Origin: Actinomycetota bacterium | GTDB lineage: Bacteria > Actinomycetota > Acidimicrobiia > Acidimicrobiales > Ilumatobacteraceae | DNA length: 32,864 bases | Direction: 5' to 3' | NCBI GenBank assembly: GCA_009927375.1 | Contig: RFNE01000201.1 | Span: 1 to 32,864 of the forward strand | Shown here: positions 16,272 to 25,293 of the stretch, one piece after another | How positions within the stretch are numbered: the first letter of the stretch is position 1 | How the letters are laid out: the number at the start of each line of letters is the position of its first letter | Translations under genes and position numbers: made by a program | The notes under the pieces: generated by a model | The model's database searches: none | Seen by the model: only the letters and a program-made list of their open reading frames with translations | What the model was told of the DNA's origin: nothing

Positions 16272-17656
16272 CTCCAGATCCGTCGTTCGTTTGCGATTCG
16301 TCATGGCATCGCTACTCGGACGGCACCACCCTCGTTGCCGGATCTCCGCTTGCGGTGTTTTCCCTCAGCGAAGCCGGACGTGACGTCGCTCGAGCACTCG
16401 AAGCTGGTGAGCCGCTCCCCGACTTCCATCGACCACTGACTTCTCGACTAGCAGCAGCTGGTGCAATTCACCCTCTTGCGTCCGAACTCGAAGAGTCGCT
16501 CGAGACATTGCTGACAGTCGTCATTCCCGCGCACGTTTCAGATGACGCCGGAATCGCGCGACTGACACGTTTAATCGAGGAACTCAGCGTGCAGTGTTCA
16601 GTCATCGTCGTCGATGATGCGTCGCCGCAGGCGTTCATGATTCCCAATGCCGCAAAGATCGTCAGGTTGGACACGAACCGCGGACCAGCTGTAGCACGAA
16701 ACGCAGGACTCGAAATGGTGACCACGCCGTTCGTGGCGTTCATCGACAGTGATGTCACCGAGTGTGGTTCAGCCCTGCCCCTCCTCGTTGCAACATGTTC
16801 ACTGGACGGTGTCGGACTCGCCGCACCACGGGTTGCAAGCCGACCAGGAGTAACGCGACTTGCTCGATACGAGGAGCGATTCTCTCCGCTCGATCTCGGT
16901 TCGGAACCCGGCCGCGTCGCTCCTGGCTCACGAATCTCCTACGTCCCGTCGGCGATGTGGGTCGTGAGGACGGAGGTTGCAAAGTCCCTCGGCGGCTTTG
17001 ATGCCGAGATGCGAGTCGGTGAGGACGTCGACTTTGTCTGGCGACTCGTCCGCGCAGGTTCGACGGCGAGATACGAGCCACGTGCCGTCGTGCACCACGA
17101 TCCCCGTCCGACGCTCAGAGCGCTCATGAGACAGCGATTCTTCTACGGAGGCTCCGTCGGTCCGCTCTCCATTCGACATCCATCGCTCCTTCGACCGCTC
17201 AAGACGAGCTGGCATTCGGTTGCGCTGTGGGTGTTCTTCTTCGCCGGTCTTGCACCGATCAGTGCGCTACTCGGGATCTACACGTTCGTCGGTCTCGCTC
17301 GCCGACTTCGCCACCTCGACCACGGAGTTCGCGAAGCATTGCGTCTCGTCGTTCGTGGGCATTGGTCCGCACTTTCCTCGATCGTCCGTGCCCTTCGACG
17401 CGAGTGGATACCCCTTACGCTCCTGTGCCTTATGTTCGGTGGTTACCTCGGTGCGCTCGCGCTCGCCGTCTTGTTCATTCCATCCATCGTGGACTATTTC
17501 CGTGGCTCCAAACGGCTCGATCCGGTCACGTTTGTTGTCCTGCGCATCCTCGACGATGCGTCATATGGAATGGGTGCGGTCACGTCATGCGTCCGCAACC
17601 GAACGATCAGACCGGTTGTACCTGATCTGCGGACGTGGCGCGCAAACGTGCACTGA
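16268..17656 (+). CDS. mftF: Mycofactocin glycosyltransferase MftF (GT2 domain plus C-terminal TM region)
   Basis: VVIPAHVSDD...VIVVDDASP...RGPAVARNAGL...FIDSDV...GEDVDFVWR, followed by hydrophobic helices. ATGA overlap with the mftE stop. Confidence 0.88.
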   Translation: MTPDPSFVCDSSWHRYSDGTTLVAGSPLAVFSLSEAGRDVARALEAGEPLPDFHRPLTSRLAAAGAIHPLASELEESLETLLTVVIPAHVSDDAGIARLTRLIEELSVQCSVIVVDDASPQAFMIPNAAKIVRLDTNRGPAVARNAGLEMVTTPFVAFIDSDVTECGSALPLLVATCSLDGVGLAAPRVASRPGVTRLARYEERFSPLDLGSEPGRVAPGSRISYVPSAMWVVRTEVAKSLGGFDAEMRVGEDVDFVWRLVRAGSTARYEPRAVVHHDPRPTLRALMRQRFFYGGSVGPLSIRHPSLLRPLKTSWHSVALWVFFFAGLAPISALLGIYTFVGLARRLRHLDHGVREALRLVVRGHWSALSSIVRALRREWIPLTLLCLMFGGYLGALALAVLFIPSIVDYFRGSKRLDPVTFVVLRILDDASYGMGAVTSCVRNRTIRPVVPDLRTWRANVH

Positions 17657-18119
17657 TGTCGTTGCACTCCTCGCACACCGAGGCTGGAATCACACCGAGA
17701 CGCATCAGGATCGCAAACATCTTGCAGCCGAGACAGAATGCAAACGCTGCTTCAAGGAACGCTGCGAACACCAATCCAACGATCACTAGGCGTGCAGCAA
17801 TGACCGCGTCCTGCACATAGAGCACACTCGCCACGATTGACATCGCGGCGCCGACTCCCTGTGCAAATCGCTTCGGTGGACCAGGAACGAACTTGTGCTG
17901 GATGTTCAAACGCGGGGTAATCACCTGAGTGGCAAGTCGACCAAGCGGGCTCAGCGTTGGGCCCGTCAAGACTCGTGCGACGAATCCATACGTGAGCGCT
18001 GCAAGGATCCAGCCGTTTCCAGTTGCTGCGAACGCAAGTCCGAGGACGACAGCGCCGGTTGCAACGATTCGAGCACTTGTTTCATTGACGGGATTGGGGA
18101 AACTGAACAGTCCTGGCAT
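17607..18119 (-). CDS. DUF4395-family membrane protein
   Basis: FPNPVNETSARIVA...LSPLGRLA...PGPPKRFAQGVGA...EAAFAFCLGCKMF matches my recollection of DUF4395. The 3' end overlaps the 3' end of mftF by 50 nt (convergent). Confidence 0.7.
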   Translation of the reverse strand: MPGLFSFPNPVNETSARIVATGAVVLGLAFAATGNGWILAALTYGFVARVLTGPTLSPLGRLATQVITPRLNIQHKFVPGPPKRFAQGVGAAMSIVASVLYVQDAVIAARLVIVGLVFAAFLEAAFAFCLGCKMFAILMRLGVIPASVCEECNDISARLRATSADQVQPV

Positions 18120-18200
18120 GCCGACAGCCTAGGAGCCAATTGTTGACCTAACAAGTCGTATTTAGGACCCCCCTCTGGAAGCCCGATACCGTTGCGGGCG

Positions 18201-19150
18201 ATGACTTTGCGGCTGGTGGTCGACCAATCGGCCTGGAACGCCCACGTTCAGGGGGTCACATCCGCACTCCGGCCCCTCGTTCCTGTCATCAAGGGGAACG
18301 GCTACGGGTTCGGCCGCTCCGTCCTGATGAAGCACGCCACAGGATTCTCCGATGAGGTCGCAGTCGGAACCGTCTACGAACTTGCTGATGTTCCGGAAAG
18401 CACCACACCGATCGTCCTGACTCCAGTCGATGACGCGTGCACAGTCCCACTTCGTTCTGATGGCATCTACACGGTTGGCTCTGTTCACCATGCGGTCACC
18501 TTGCACAAGCTCGGTCACAACGGACCAGTCATCATCAAGTTGCGATCCCGAATGCAGCGCTACGGAGTTGCTCCCGGCGACGTGGACGAACTCGTCAAGA
18601 CGGTGAATGACGCTGGGTTGTCGATTCATGGGTGGTCGATCCATCCCCCACTCACCAGTGCGACCACCGACCACGTCTCCGAGATCGCAAGCTGGGCAAA
18701 TGATCTGGACGATGACCTTCCGATCTACGTGAGTCATGTCGATCGCGAGGCACTTGAGGAGTTGCGTGGTCGTTTTCCCCGACACGAGTTCCGTGCACGA
18801 AGCGGCACGACGTTATGGCTCGGTGACAAGTCGATGCTCAAGTTGGAAGCAAACGTCATCGACACGCACCCGACCCGTGGCGGTCTCGCCGGATATCGCC
18901 AAGTTGCAGTTCCTGGCGAGGGGACGATCGTCCTCATTGGTTGTGGCACGGCCCACGGAATCTTGAGCGTCCAGACGGTTTGTCGCCATTCCACTTCAAC
19001 CGCACGCGATTACATCTTCTCGAATCTCCCCACATGCACACGTCTATGGTCTTCATTCCCGCCACAGCCGAGGTTCCTCAGGTCGGTGAGTGGATCGACG
19101 TCCAGCAGTCGATGACCCGCGCACTCGTCGACACCATCACGTGGCAGTAG
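18201..19150 (+). pseudogene. Alanine racemase-fold PLP enzyme, one frameshift near 18955-18975
   Basis: The N-terminal part (ORF 18192..19115) has the PLP-lysine motif PVIKGNGYGFG and reads up to ...GCGTAHGI. The C-terminal barrel continues in the -1 frame (ORF 18941..19150): ERPDGLSPFHFNRTRLHLLESPHMHTSMVFIP...VDTITWQ. The 950-nt span is not a multiple of 3. Confidence 0.65.
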
Positions 19151-20253
19151 CGACTACCGAACGACTTCGCTCCCTCGACGTCGTTCGAGGTATCGCACTC
19201 ATCGGCGTCATTGCACTCAACTACCACGCGGTCCTGAACGAACAAGACGCGTTTTCGCCAATCGATGCCACGTTCTTCTCGCGGCTCTTCAATCCGGTTT
19301 CCGGTGTGCTGACTACACGTTTTGCCGCCACGTTCGTCTTCGTCGCAGGGATCGGCGTGACCTTGATGTCATCGCGACTCAAGCCAGCAGATATCGATGG
19401 CGTCCATCATCTTCGCCTCACACTGTTGCGACGCGGGATCTTCCTCCTGCTCGTCGGCTACGGGCTCGAATGGATGTGGCCAGGAACGATCCTCTTCTAC
19501 TACGGCGCGTACTTCATCCTCGCAAGTGTGCTCGTCAACCGCTCGACTCGCATCGTGGTCGCCACTGCAATCGTGTCGGTCGTCGCTGCCGCAGGACTCA
19601 ATCTCTGGCGAGTATCCGAACGTTTCGCCGACAACTACACCGCGTGGCTCGATCCCGCATCTCTTGACACGCCTCGCAACGTCGCGCTCCGCCTGTTCGT
19701 CGGCTACACACACCCAGTCTTTCCATGGCTTGCGTTCTTTCTCACCGGAATGGTCGTCGCGAGGAGATTCACCGGTGAACGAATGATCACGCGTCGGCAT
19801 GCCACGGTTGCGGCGATTCTCGTCGTTGGCACATATCTCCTCCGTGACCTCATTCGACCATCGTTGATCACCGATCGCGCTGCGTCTCTTCGCGCATCTG
19901 CCGTTTCTCTCCAACCATTCGACCGAGGAATCCTGTACGTACTGAGCACGCTCGGGATCGCGATCCTTGCGGTGTGGTCGATCGAGCGACTCGTCGAGCG
20001 TCATCCGAATGCCAAACCAGTAGACGTACTTTCTCGTGCCGGGAGAATGTCCCTCACGCTGTATATCGCTCACATCCTGATCTTCAAGCTCATCGTTGAT
20101 GTGCTCGGTGCCGTACGCCCAACCGGTTTGGATACTGCGCTGCTCTTGACACTTGCCGTGTACCTGGGTGGACTTGTCGTTGCGTGGTTCGTGCTCTCAC
20201 GTCGATCACGCGGCCCAGTCGAATGGCTCTATCGAATGGTCGGCGGCAGGTGA
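19141..20253 (+). CDS. DUF418/YeiB-like polytopic membrane protein
   Basis: ERLRSLDVVRGIALIGVIALN N-terminal signature and about 9 hydrophobic helices. I chose GTG 19141; ATG 19090 gives the longest ORF but overlaps the racemase-like gene. Confidence 0.7.
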   Translation: MAVATTERLRSLDVVRGIALIGVIALNYHAVLNEQDAFSPIDATFFSRLFNPVSGVLTTRFAATFVFVAGIGVTLMSSRLKPADIDGVHHLRLTLLRRGIFLLLVGYGLEWMWPGTILFYYGAYFILASVLVNRSTRIVVATAIVSVVAAAGLNLWRVSERFADNYTAWLDPASLDTPRNVALRLFVGYTHPVFPWLAFFLTGMVVARRFTGERMITRRHATVAAILVVGTYLLRDLIRPSLITDRAASLRASAVSLQPFDRGILYVLSTLGIAILAVWSIERLVERHPNAKPVDVLSRAGRMSLTLYIAHILIFKLIVDVLGAVRPTGLDTALLLTLAVYLGGLVVAWFVLSRRSRGPVEWLYRMVGGR

Positions 20254-20912
20254 TCAACGAACGGTGGAGAGCGGTAGTCGGAGCTGAACTCCACAAGCCG
20301 TACTGGAGTTCGCTCCAGGATTTCCTCACACGTGAACGATCGCAACAGGAGGTCTATCCACCCCAGGCGCACGTGTTCGCCGCACTCGATCTCACGCCAC
20401 CAGAAGATGTCCGCGTGGTCATCGTCGGCCAAGATCCCTATCACGGTCCCGGGCAAGCACATGGATTGAGTTTTTCCGTTCCTCGCGGGATCGTGATACC
20501 GCCGTCCTTACGAAACATCTTCACTGAACTCCACGATGACCTTGGTATCGCACCATCTCGTCACGGGAACTTGGAGTCGTGGGCAAGACAAGGAGTGTTG
20601 CTGCTGAACGCGACGCTCACCGTCCGCTCGGGCGAGGCAGGTTCACATCGTGGCCACGGATGGGAGACGTTCACCGACGCAATCCTCGGCCATCTCGGAC
20701 GTCAAGCCATGCCGCTCGCATTTGTCTTGTGGGGTACATCTGCACGATCGAAACGCTCGCTGATCAATGACAGTCACACCGTGATCGAGTCGGCACATCC
20801 GTCACCGCTCTCTGCGCACCGAGGATTCTTCGGCTCTCGAGTCTTCTCACAGATCAACCAGCACCTCGCTCGACATCAGTTCGCTGCGATCGACTGGCGG
20901 CTCCCCGAGTAG
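20250..20912 (+). CDS. ung: Uracil-DNA glycosylase, family 1
   Basis: VVIVGQDPYHGPGQAHGLSFSV, LLLNATLTV and HPSPLSA are the family-1 UDG motifs. GTG 20250 overlaps the preceding stop (GTGA). Confidence 0.9.
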   Translation: MINERWRAVVGAELHKPYWSSLQDFLTRERSQQEVYPPQAHVFAALDLTPPEDVRVVIVGQDPYHGPGQAHGLSFSVPRGIVIPPSLRNIFTELHDDLGIAPSRHGNLESWARQGVLLLNATLTVRSGEAGSHRGHGWETFTDAILGHLGRQAMPLAFVLWGTSARSKRSLINDSHTVIESAHPSPLSAHRGFFGSRVFSQINQHLARHQFAAIDWRLPE

Positions 20913-20921
20913 TTTTGCGGT

Positions 20922-21314
20922 GTGGGAACGGTTCGGCGACACCTCTTCATCGATGCTGACGCCGACACCGTGTGGGGTCTCGTCGGTGCACCGGAGCGGT
21001 TGCACGAATGGTTTCCGACGACATCCACGCGCATGGAAGGCAACAAGCGTTGGATCACGCTGGCATCCGGCATCACCTTCGAGGAAGACATCGTCACGCT
21101 CGACCACGACTTGCGAAGATTCCAATATCGGATCGTGAACAATCCGATCATCACCAGCCACCTGGGCACCGTCGACGTGATCCCCGACGGGGACCATCGT
21201 TGCGTGGTGATCTATTCCACCGACATGGAACCAGAAGTTTTGGCGCTGCCAATCGGCGGGGCCGCGGGTGTCGGGCTCGCGGCACTCAAGGAACGCTTCG
21301 AGGGGAACTCGTAA
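20922..21314 (+). CDS. SRPBCC (START/polyketide cyclase-like) small protein
   Basis: 130-aa ORF with IDADADTVWGLVGAPERLHEWFP, typical of the SRPBCC N-terminal strand-helix. Function unknown. Confidence 0.65.
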   Translation: MGTVRRHLFIDADADTVWGLVGAPERLHEWFPTTSTRMEGNKRWITLASGITFEEDIVTLDHDLRRFQYRIVNNPIITSHLGTVDVIPDGDHRCVVIYSTDMEPEVLALPIGGAAGVGLAALKERFEGNS

Positions 21315-22864
21315 TGGGCCGCAAGATTCTCTTCATCACGACGGATCAGCAACGATTTGATGCCCTCGGCTGCAACGGTGGTATCTACGCGCGGACGCCG
21401 AACATCGATGCGCTCGCCGCGAACGGGATCGTGTTCGATCGTGCACACCCGCAAAACGTCGTGTGCATGCCGTCGCGCAGCACCATGCTCACCGGACAAC
21501 ACGTGAGCACACATGGCGTCTGGATGAACGGGGTTCCCCTCCCCGAATCCGCCCCGAGCATCGCCCGCACACTTCACGACGTCGGATACTCGACCGCACT
21601 CATCGGCAAGGCACACTTCGAGCCGCTGCTCGACCCATTTCTGCGGTTCACGGAAAACCGCCTCGGTGCGCACCGTGTCACCGCAGAACCTGGCCACGAT
21701 CCACACCGTGGCTTCGACCACATGGAGCTCGCCACACACGGCGCCGCGGGACAGTTGCACTACTCACAATGGCTGCGTGAACATCACCCCACGGAAATTG
21801 GCGGGTACTACAACGTGCTCGACCGAGAACTGCAGGTGAATGCAGAAGGCGGCGGCGACACGGGCGCGCCCCAGGTGAAGGCCAATCCAATTCCTCGCGA
21901 GTGGTATCACACCGATTGGGTTGCCGAACGCACGATTGCGTGGCTCGATTCACTCCCGAACGATCGCGATTGGTTCTGCTGGATGAGCTTCCCCGATCCA
22001 CATCACCCGTGGGATCCACCGGCGAGTGAACTCCATCGCGTGCGCTGGCAGGACGTCGATCTTCCCGCCGGCTACATCGCCGACGCGAACGAGCGAGAGC
22101 GCGTCATCGACGACAAGTTGCGTCACTGGCGCGGCTGGTACGACGGGACGTTCGTTTCCAACTATGAAGCTCCTGCAAAGTGGGTTCCCTCGACGCTGAC
22201 GCCAGATCAGGTGCGGGAAGTCAACGCATTCACCCACGTGGAGAATGAGCTCATCGACGAAGCCATCGGCCGTGTGCTTGCCGCGGTCTCGTCGCGCGGC
22301 TGGTCACAAGATCTCGACGTCGTTTACACCACTGACCACGGCGAGTTCCAAGGCGACTTCGGATTGCTGTTCAAGGGTCCGTACCACGTCGACTCACTGA
22401 TGCGACTGCCACTCATCTGGCGACCCGCACCACGACTCGGGATGAAGCCAGCGCGTGTCGGCCGACCGGTTGGTCTCGTCTCACTCGCCTCGACGTTCGC
22501 CCACATCGCCGGACTCGACCAACCGAGCTACGCCGAAGCACCCCGACTTCCCGTGGACGATGCAGACGCCGATTCGCTCGGTCATGAACGTGTGCTGACG
22601 GAGTGGGACAGCGTGCTGTTCGGCAAGATCGTGCACCTCCGCACGATCCATCGTGACGGCTGGACATGTACTGCTGCCCTCGACGGCACGATGAATTCCT
22701 TTGGTGAAGGAGAGCTGTACGACGTCACCGCCGATCCACTGCAACACGTGAATCGATGGGACGATCCCTCCGTGCGAGCACTGCGCGACGAGCTCTTGGC
22801 CGACTTGTGGTCAAACCTTCCTCAGCAACAAACTCCGTTGCGGACGATGGACGCTCCGGTCTGA
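21314..22864 (+). CDS. Cys-type (formylglycine-dependent) sulfatase
   Basis: ILFITTDQQRFD...VCMPSRSTMLTG (CxPxR formylglycine motif) and YTTDHGEFQG. ATG 21314 overlaps the upstream stop (TAATG). The track ORF start at 20972 is an out-of-context extension. Confidence 0.88.
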   Translation: MGRKILFITTDQQRFDALGCNGGIYARTPNIDALAANGIVFDRAHPQNVVCMPSRSTMLTGQHVSTHGVWMNGVPLPESAPSIARTLHDVGYSTALIGKAHFEPLLDPFLRFTENRLGAHRVTAEPGHDPHRGFDHMELATHGAAGQLHYSQWLREHHPTEIGGYYNVLDRELQVNAEGGGDTGAPQVKANPIPREWYHTDWVAERTIAWLDSLPNDRDWFCWMSFPDPHHPWDPPASELHRVRWQDVDLPAGYIADANERERVIDDKLRHWRGWYDGTFVSNYEAPAKWVPSTLTPDQVREVNAFTHVENELIDEAIGRVLAAVSSRGWSQDLDVVYTTDHGEFQGDFGLLFKGPYHVDSLMRLPLIWRPAPRLGMKPARVGRPVGLVSLASTFAHIAGLDQPSYAEAPRLPVDDADADSLGHERVLTEWDSVLFGKIVHLRTIHRDGWTCTAALDGTMNSFGEGELYDVTADPLQHVNRWDDPSVRALRDELLADLWSNLPQQQTPLRTMDAPV

Positions 22865-22870
22865 GACGAC

Positions 22871-23845
22871 TCAGACGGCTGGAACTTGCTGCGTGACGCA
22901 GTGAATTCCACCGCCGCCATAGGCGAGGATGCCGCCGATGTCGAGTCCCACAACCTCACGGTCAGGCATGAAGTCCGCAAGCAATGCAAGCATCTCGTCG
23001 TCGTCGGGATGACCGCAGACGGGAACAATCGCTCCACCATTGACGAGGTAGAAGTTCAAGTACGGCACCTGAACCGTCGCGCCGTGATAGGTGATCGTCG
23101 GCAACACGGGTATCTCGCGAATCGTGACGTCGAATCGCTCGGCGACACGACGATTCTCAATCAAGCGTTCGTGATCCACGAGTGAGCGATCTGCGCATCC
23201 CTGCATCACCATCACACCAGGAGCAATGAAGATTGCGACGTTGTCGACATGACCGTCGGTGTCTTCATCGAGCGAGAGACCGTGTGGCAGCCAGATGACT
23301 TCGGGCATCCCGAGCTCAGCAACGAGCTTCGCCTCGATTGCGTCCTTCGACATCGATGGATTGCGATTCGGGTTGAGCAAGCACTGCTCAGTCGTTGCGA
23401 GGAATCGCTCGCCGTCCGAGGTGATGGATCCGCCCTCCAACACCATGTCGATGTCGCGAACCTCATGACCCGCATGTGCTGCCCAGCGACGTGCGACTTC
23501 AACGTCGGCGTCGATCGGTGAAAACTTGCCGCCCCAACCATTGAACGCCCAGTTGGTTGCCACACGACGACCACCGTCGACTACATAGATCGGTCCGGAG
23601 TCACGGAACCACGAGTCGTCGATCGGAATCTCCACGACGTCAACCGTCGAACCACAGCGTTCACGTGCGTCGTCGCCGTCGCCAGGATTTGCGATCATCG
23701 TTACGGGTTCGAATCCGGAGATCGTCCGTGCGAGCGCGGCATGCGCTGCACGTGCCTCTGAGATGTGCTCTCCGTAGACGGACAATCGAGTCGGCCAACA
23801 GATGACGGTTCTCTCATGGCGAGCGAACTCGCCAGGCATCTTCAT
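22871..23845 (-). CDS. aguA: Agmatine deiminase
   Basis: MPGEFARHERTVICWP...DDSWFRDSGP...EGGSI...DGHVDN...GGGGIHCVTQQVP. ATG 23845 overlaps the aguB stop (ATGA). Confidence 0.9.
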   Translation of the reverse strand: MKMPGEFARHERTVICWPTRLSVYGEHISEARAAHAALARTISGFEPVTMIANPGDGDDARERCGSTVDVVEIPIDDSWFRDSGPIYVVDGGRRVATNWAFNGWGGKFSPIDADVEVARRWAAHAGHEVRDIDMVLEGGSITSDGERFLATTEQCLLNPNRNPSMSKDAIEAKLVAELGMPEVIWLPHGLSLDEDTDGHVDNVAIFIAPGVMVMQGCADRSLVDHERLIENRRVAERFDVTIREIPVLPTITYHGATVQVPYLNFYLVNGGAIVPVCGHPDDDEMLALLADFMPDREVVGLDIGGILAYGGGGIHCVTQQVPAV

Positions 23846-24729
23846 TCGCCGAATCCATCCATCGTGATGATCGGCATGTACAACTCTGGTCGACGGTCGC
23901 GGAAGAGCCCCCACACGGTGCGCATCTCTTGGAGCACCAGTCGGTCGAAGGTTGCGACGAGCACGGTCTCCTCGGTGCGGTCCGCTTCGGCGACCTTCGC
24001 ACCCGTCCCGTCCGCGATGAATGAGCTTCCGTAGAACGTGATCTCCGTCGGATCTCCGACTTCATGACCGGTGCGGTTCGCGGCGACCACTGGCGTGATG
24101 TTCGCTCCTGCGTGACCCTGCATCACTCGCTGCCAATGCCCCGAGGAGTCCCACGTCGGATTCGGTGGCTCACTACCGATCGCCGTCGGATAGAGCAAGA
24201 CCTCCGCACCCATGAGCGCCATCGAGCGCGCGGCCTCGGGGAACCATTGGTCCCAACAAATTCCCACGCCGACCTTGCCGTATGCGGTGTCCCACACTCG
24301 GAATCCGGTGTCACCTGGGCTGAAGTAGAACTTCTCGGTGTAACCCGGCCCATCAGGAATGTGGCTCTTGCGATAGATGCCCATCATCGAGCCGTCGGCA
24401 TCCAGCATTGCAACCGTGTTGAACAACGCGTTGTTGGCGCGTTCGAACACGCTGATCGGAAGAACTACTCCGAGTTCGCGTGCAACGTCCTGGAAGTGTC
24501 GCACTGTTGGATGCCCGTCGATTGGCAGCGCGCGAGCGTGCTCTGATGCCTTCTGGTCCTTGCAGAAGTAATGACCCTCGAAAAGCTCCGGGATGAGGAT
24601 GATCTGTGCACCTTGCGATGCAGCCTTCCGAACGAGTCGCTCAGCAGTCGCGACATTGCTGGCGACGTCGCGCGCCATCGACATCTGGATTGCTGCAACG
24701 GTGAACGAATTCTGAGTCATCGGCGTCAC
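23842..24729 (-). CDS. aguB: N-carbamoylputrescine amidase (CN-hydrolase family)
   Basis: FTVAAIQM...IILIPELFEGHYFC...IYRKSHIPDGPGYTEKFYF...VGICWDQWFPE supplies the Glu-Lys-Cys triad context. GTG start overlaps the upstream stop (GTGA). Confidence 0.9.
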   Translation of the reverse strand: MTPMTQNSFTVAAIQMSMARDVASNVATAERLVRKAASQGAQIILIPELFEGHYFCKDQKASEHARALPIDGHPTVRHFQDVARELGVVLPISVFERANNALFNTVAMLDADGSMMGIYRKSHIPDGPGYTEKFYFSPGDTGFRVWDTAYGKVGVGICWDQWFPEAARSMALMGAEVLLYPTAIGSEPPNPTWDSSGHWQRVMQGHAGANITPVVAANRTGHEVGDPTEITFYGSSFIADGTGAKVAEADRTEETVLVATFDRLVLQEMRTVWGLFRDRRPELYMPIITMDGFGE

Positions 24730-25217
24730 TGAGCAGCGAGCGCCGTAGTGATCGCGTCGATCACCTCAGGTGCGTCGGGTTGTGTCTTGGGGTGGAAGCG
24801 CGCAACGATCGAGCCGTCGCGACCGACGACGAACTTTTCGAAGTTCCAACGAATGTCTCCCGAGTATCCCTCGCCGTCCGCGACCGAGCGCAACGTCGAA
24901 TAGAGCGGGTGCGCATCGTCTCCATTCACGTCGACCTTTTCGGTCAACGGAAACGACACGTTGAACGTCGTCGAACAGAAGTCATGAATCTCCTCGGGCG
25001 ACCCTGGCTCCTGGCCGAGGAACTGATTGCACGGGACGCCGATCACGGTGAAGCCCTGCGCGGCAAAACGATCCTGGAGGCCTTGAAGTGCTGAGTACTG
25101 GGGCGTGAGACCACAACGAGACGCGACGTTGACGAGGAGCGAGACCTTGCCCTTGGCATCCGACAGTGGACTTCCCGCACCCATGAGGGCTCCGATTGAT
25201 GACGCATACACCGACAT
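24726..25217 (-). CDS. Glutathione peroxidase-family thiol peroxidase
   Basis: LLVNVASRCGLTPQY (peroxidatic Cys), VIGVPCNQFLGQEPG, IRWNFEKFVV. I chose ATG 25217, which has GAGGAG 7 nt upstream. Confidence 0.88.
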   Translation of the reverse strand: MSVYASSIGALMGAGSPLSDAKGKVSLLVNVASRCGLTPQYSALQGLQDRFAAQGFTVIGVPCNQFLGQEPGSPEEIHDFCSTTFNVSFPLTEKVDVNGDDAHPLYSTLRSVADGEGYSGDIRWNFEKFVVGRDGSIVARFHPKTQPDAPEVIDAITTALAAQ

Positions 25218-25293
25218 GTTGTGACTCCTCGTGAGATGGCGACCGACGAACATTGATCGTAATCCCGCAGAGGCGACCTGCTACACAAGATGC

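Noticed and set aside
18162-18785. 207-aa minus-strand ORF opposite the racemase-like gene
   Set aside because: No recognisable domain. The plus strand carries the PLP-lysine motif and is collinear with the alanine racemase fold.
20972-21313. N-terminal 114-codon extension of the sulfatase ORF
   Set aside because: It overlaps the SRPBCC gene in another frame and is Arg/His-rich. The sulfatase homology (ILFITTDQQRFD) begins right after ATG 21314, which overlaps the upstream stop.
22861-22874. CTGAG-ACGA-CTCAG inverted repeat spanning both stop codons at the sulfatase/aguA convergent junction, considered as a bidirectional terminator
   Set aside because: It has only a 5-bp stem and no U-tract on either strand, so it is too weak to support a terminator call.
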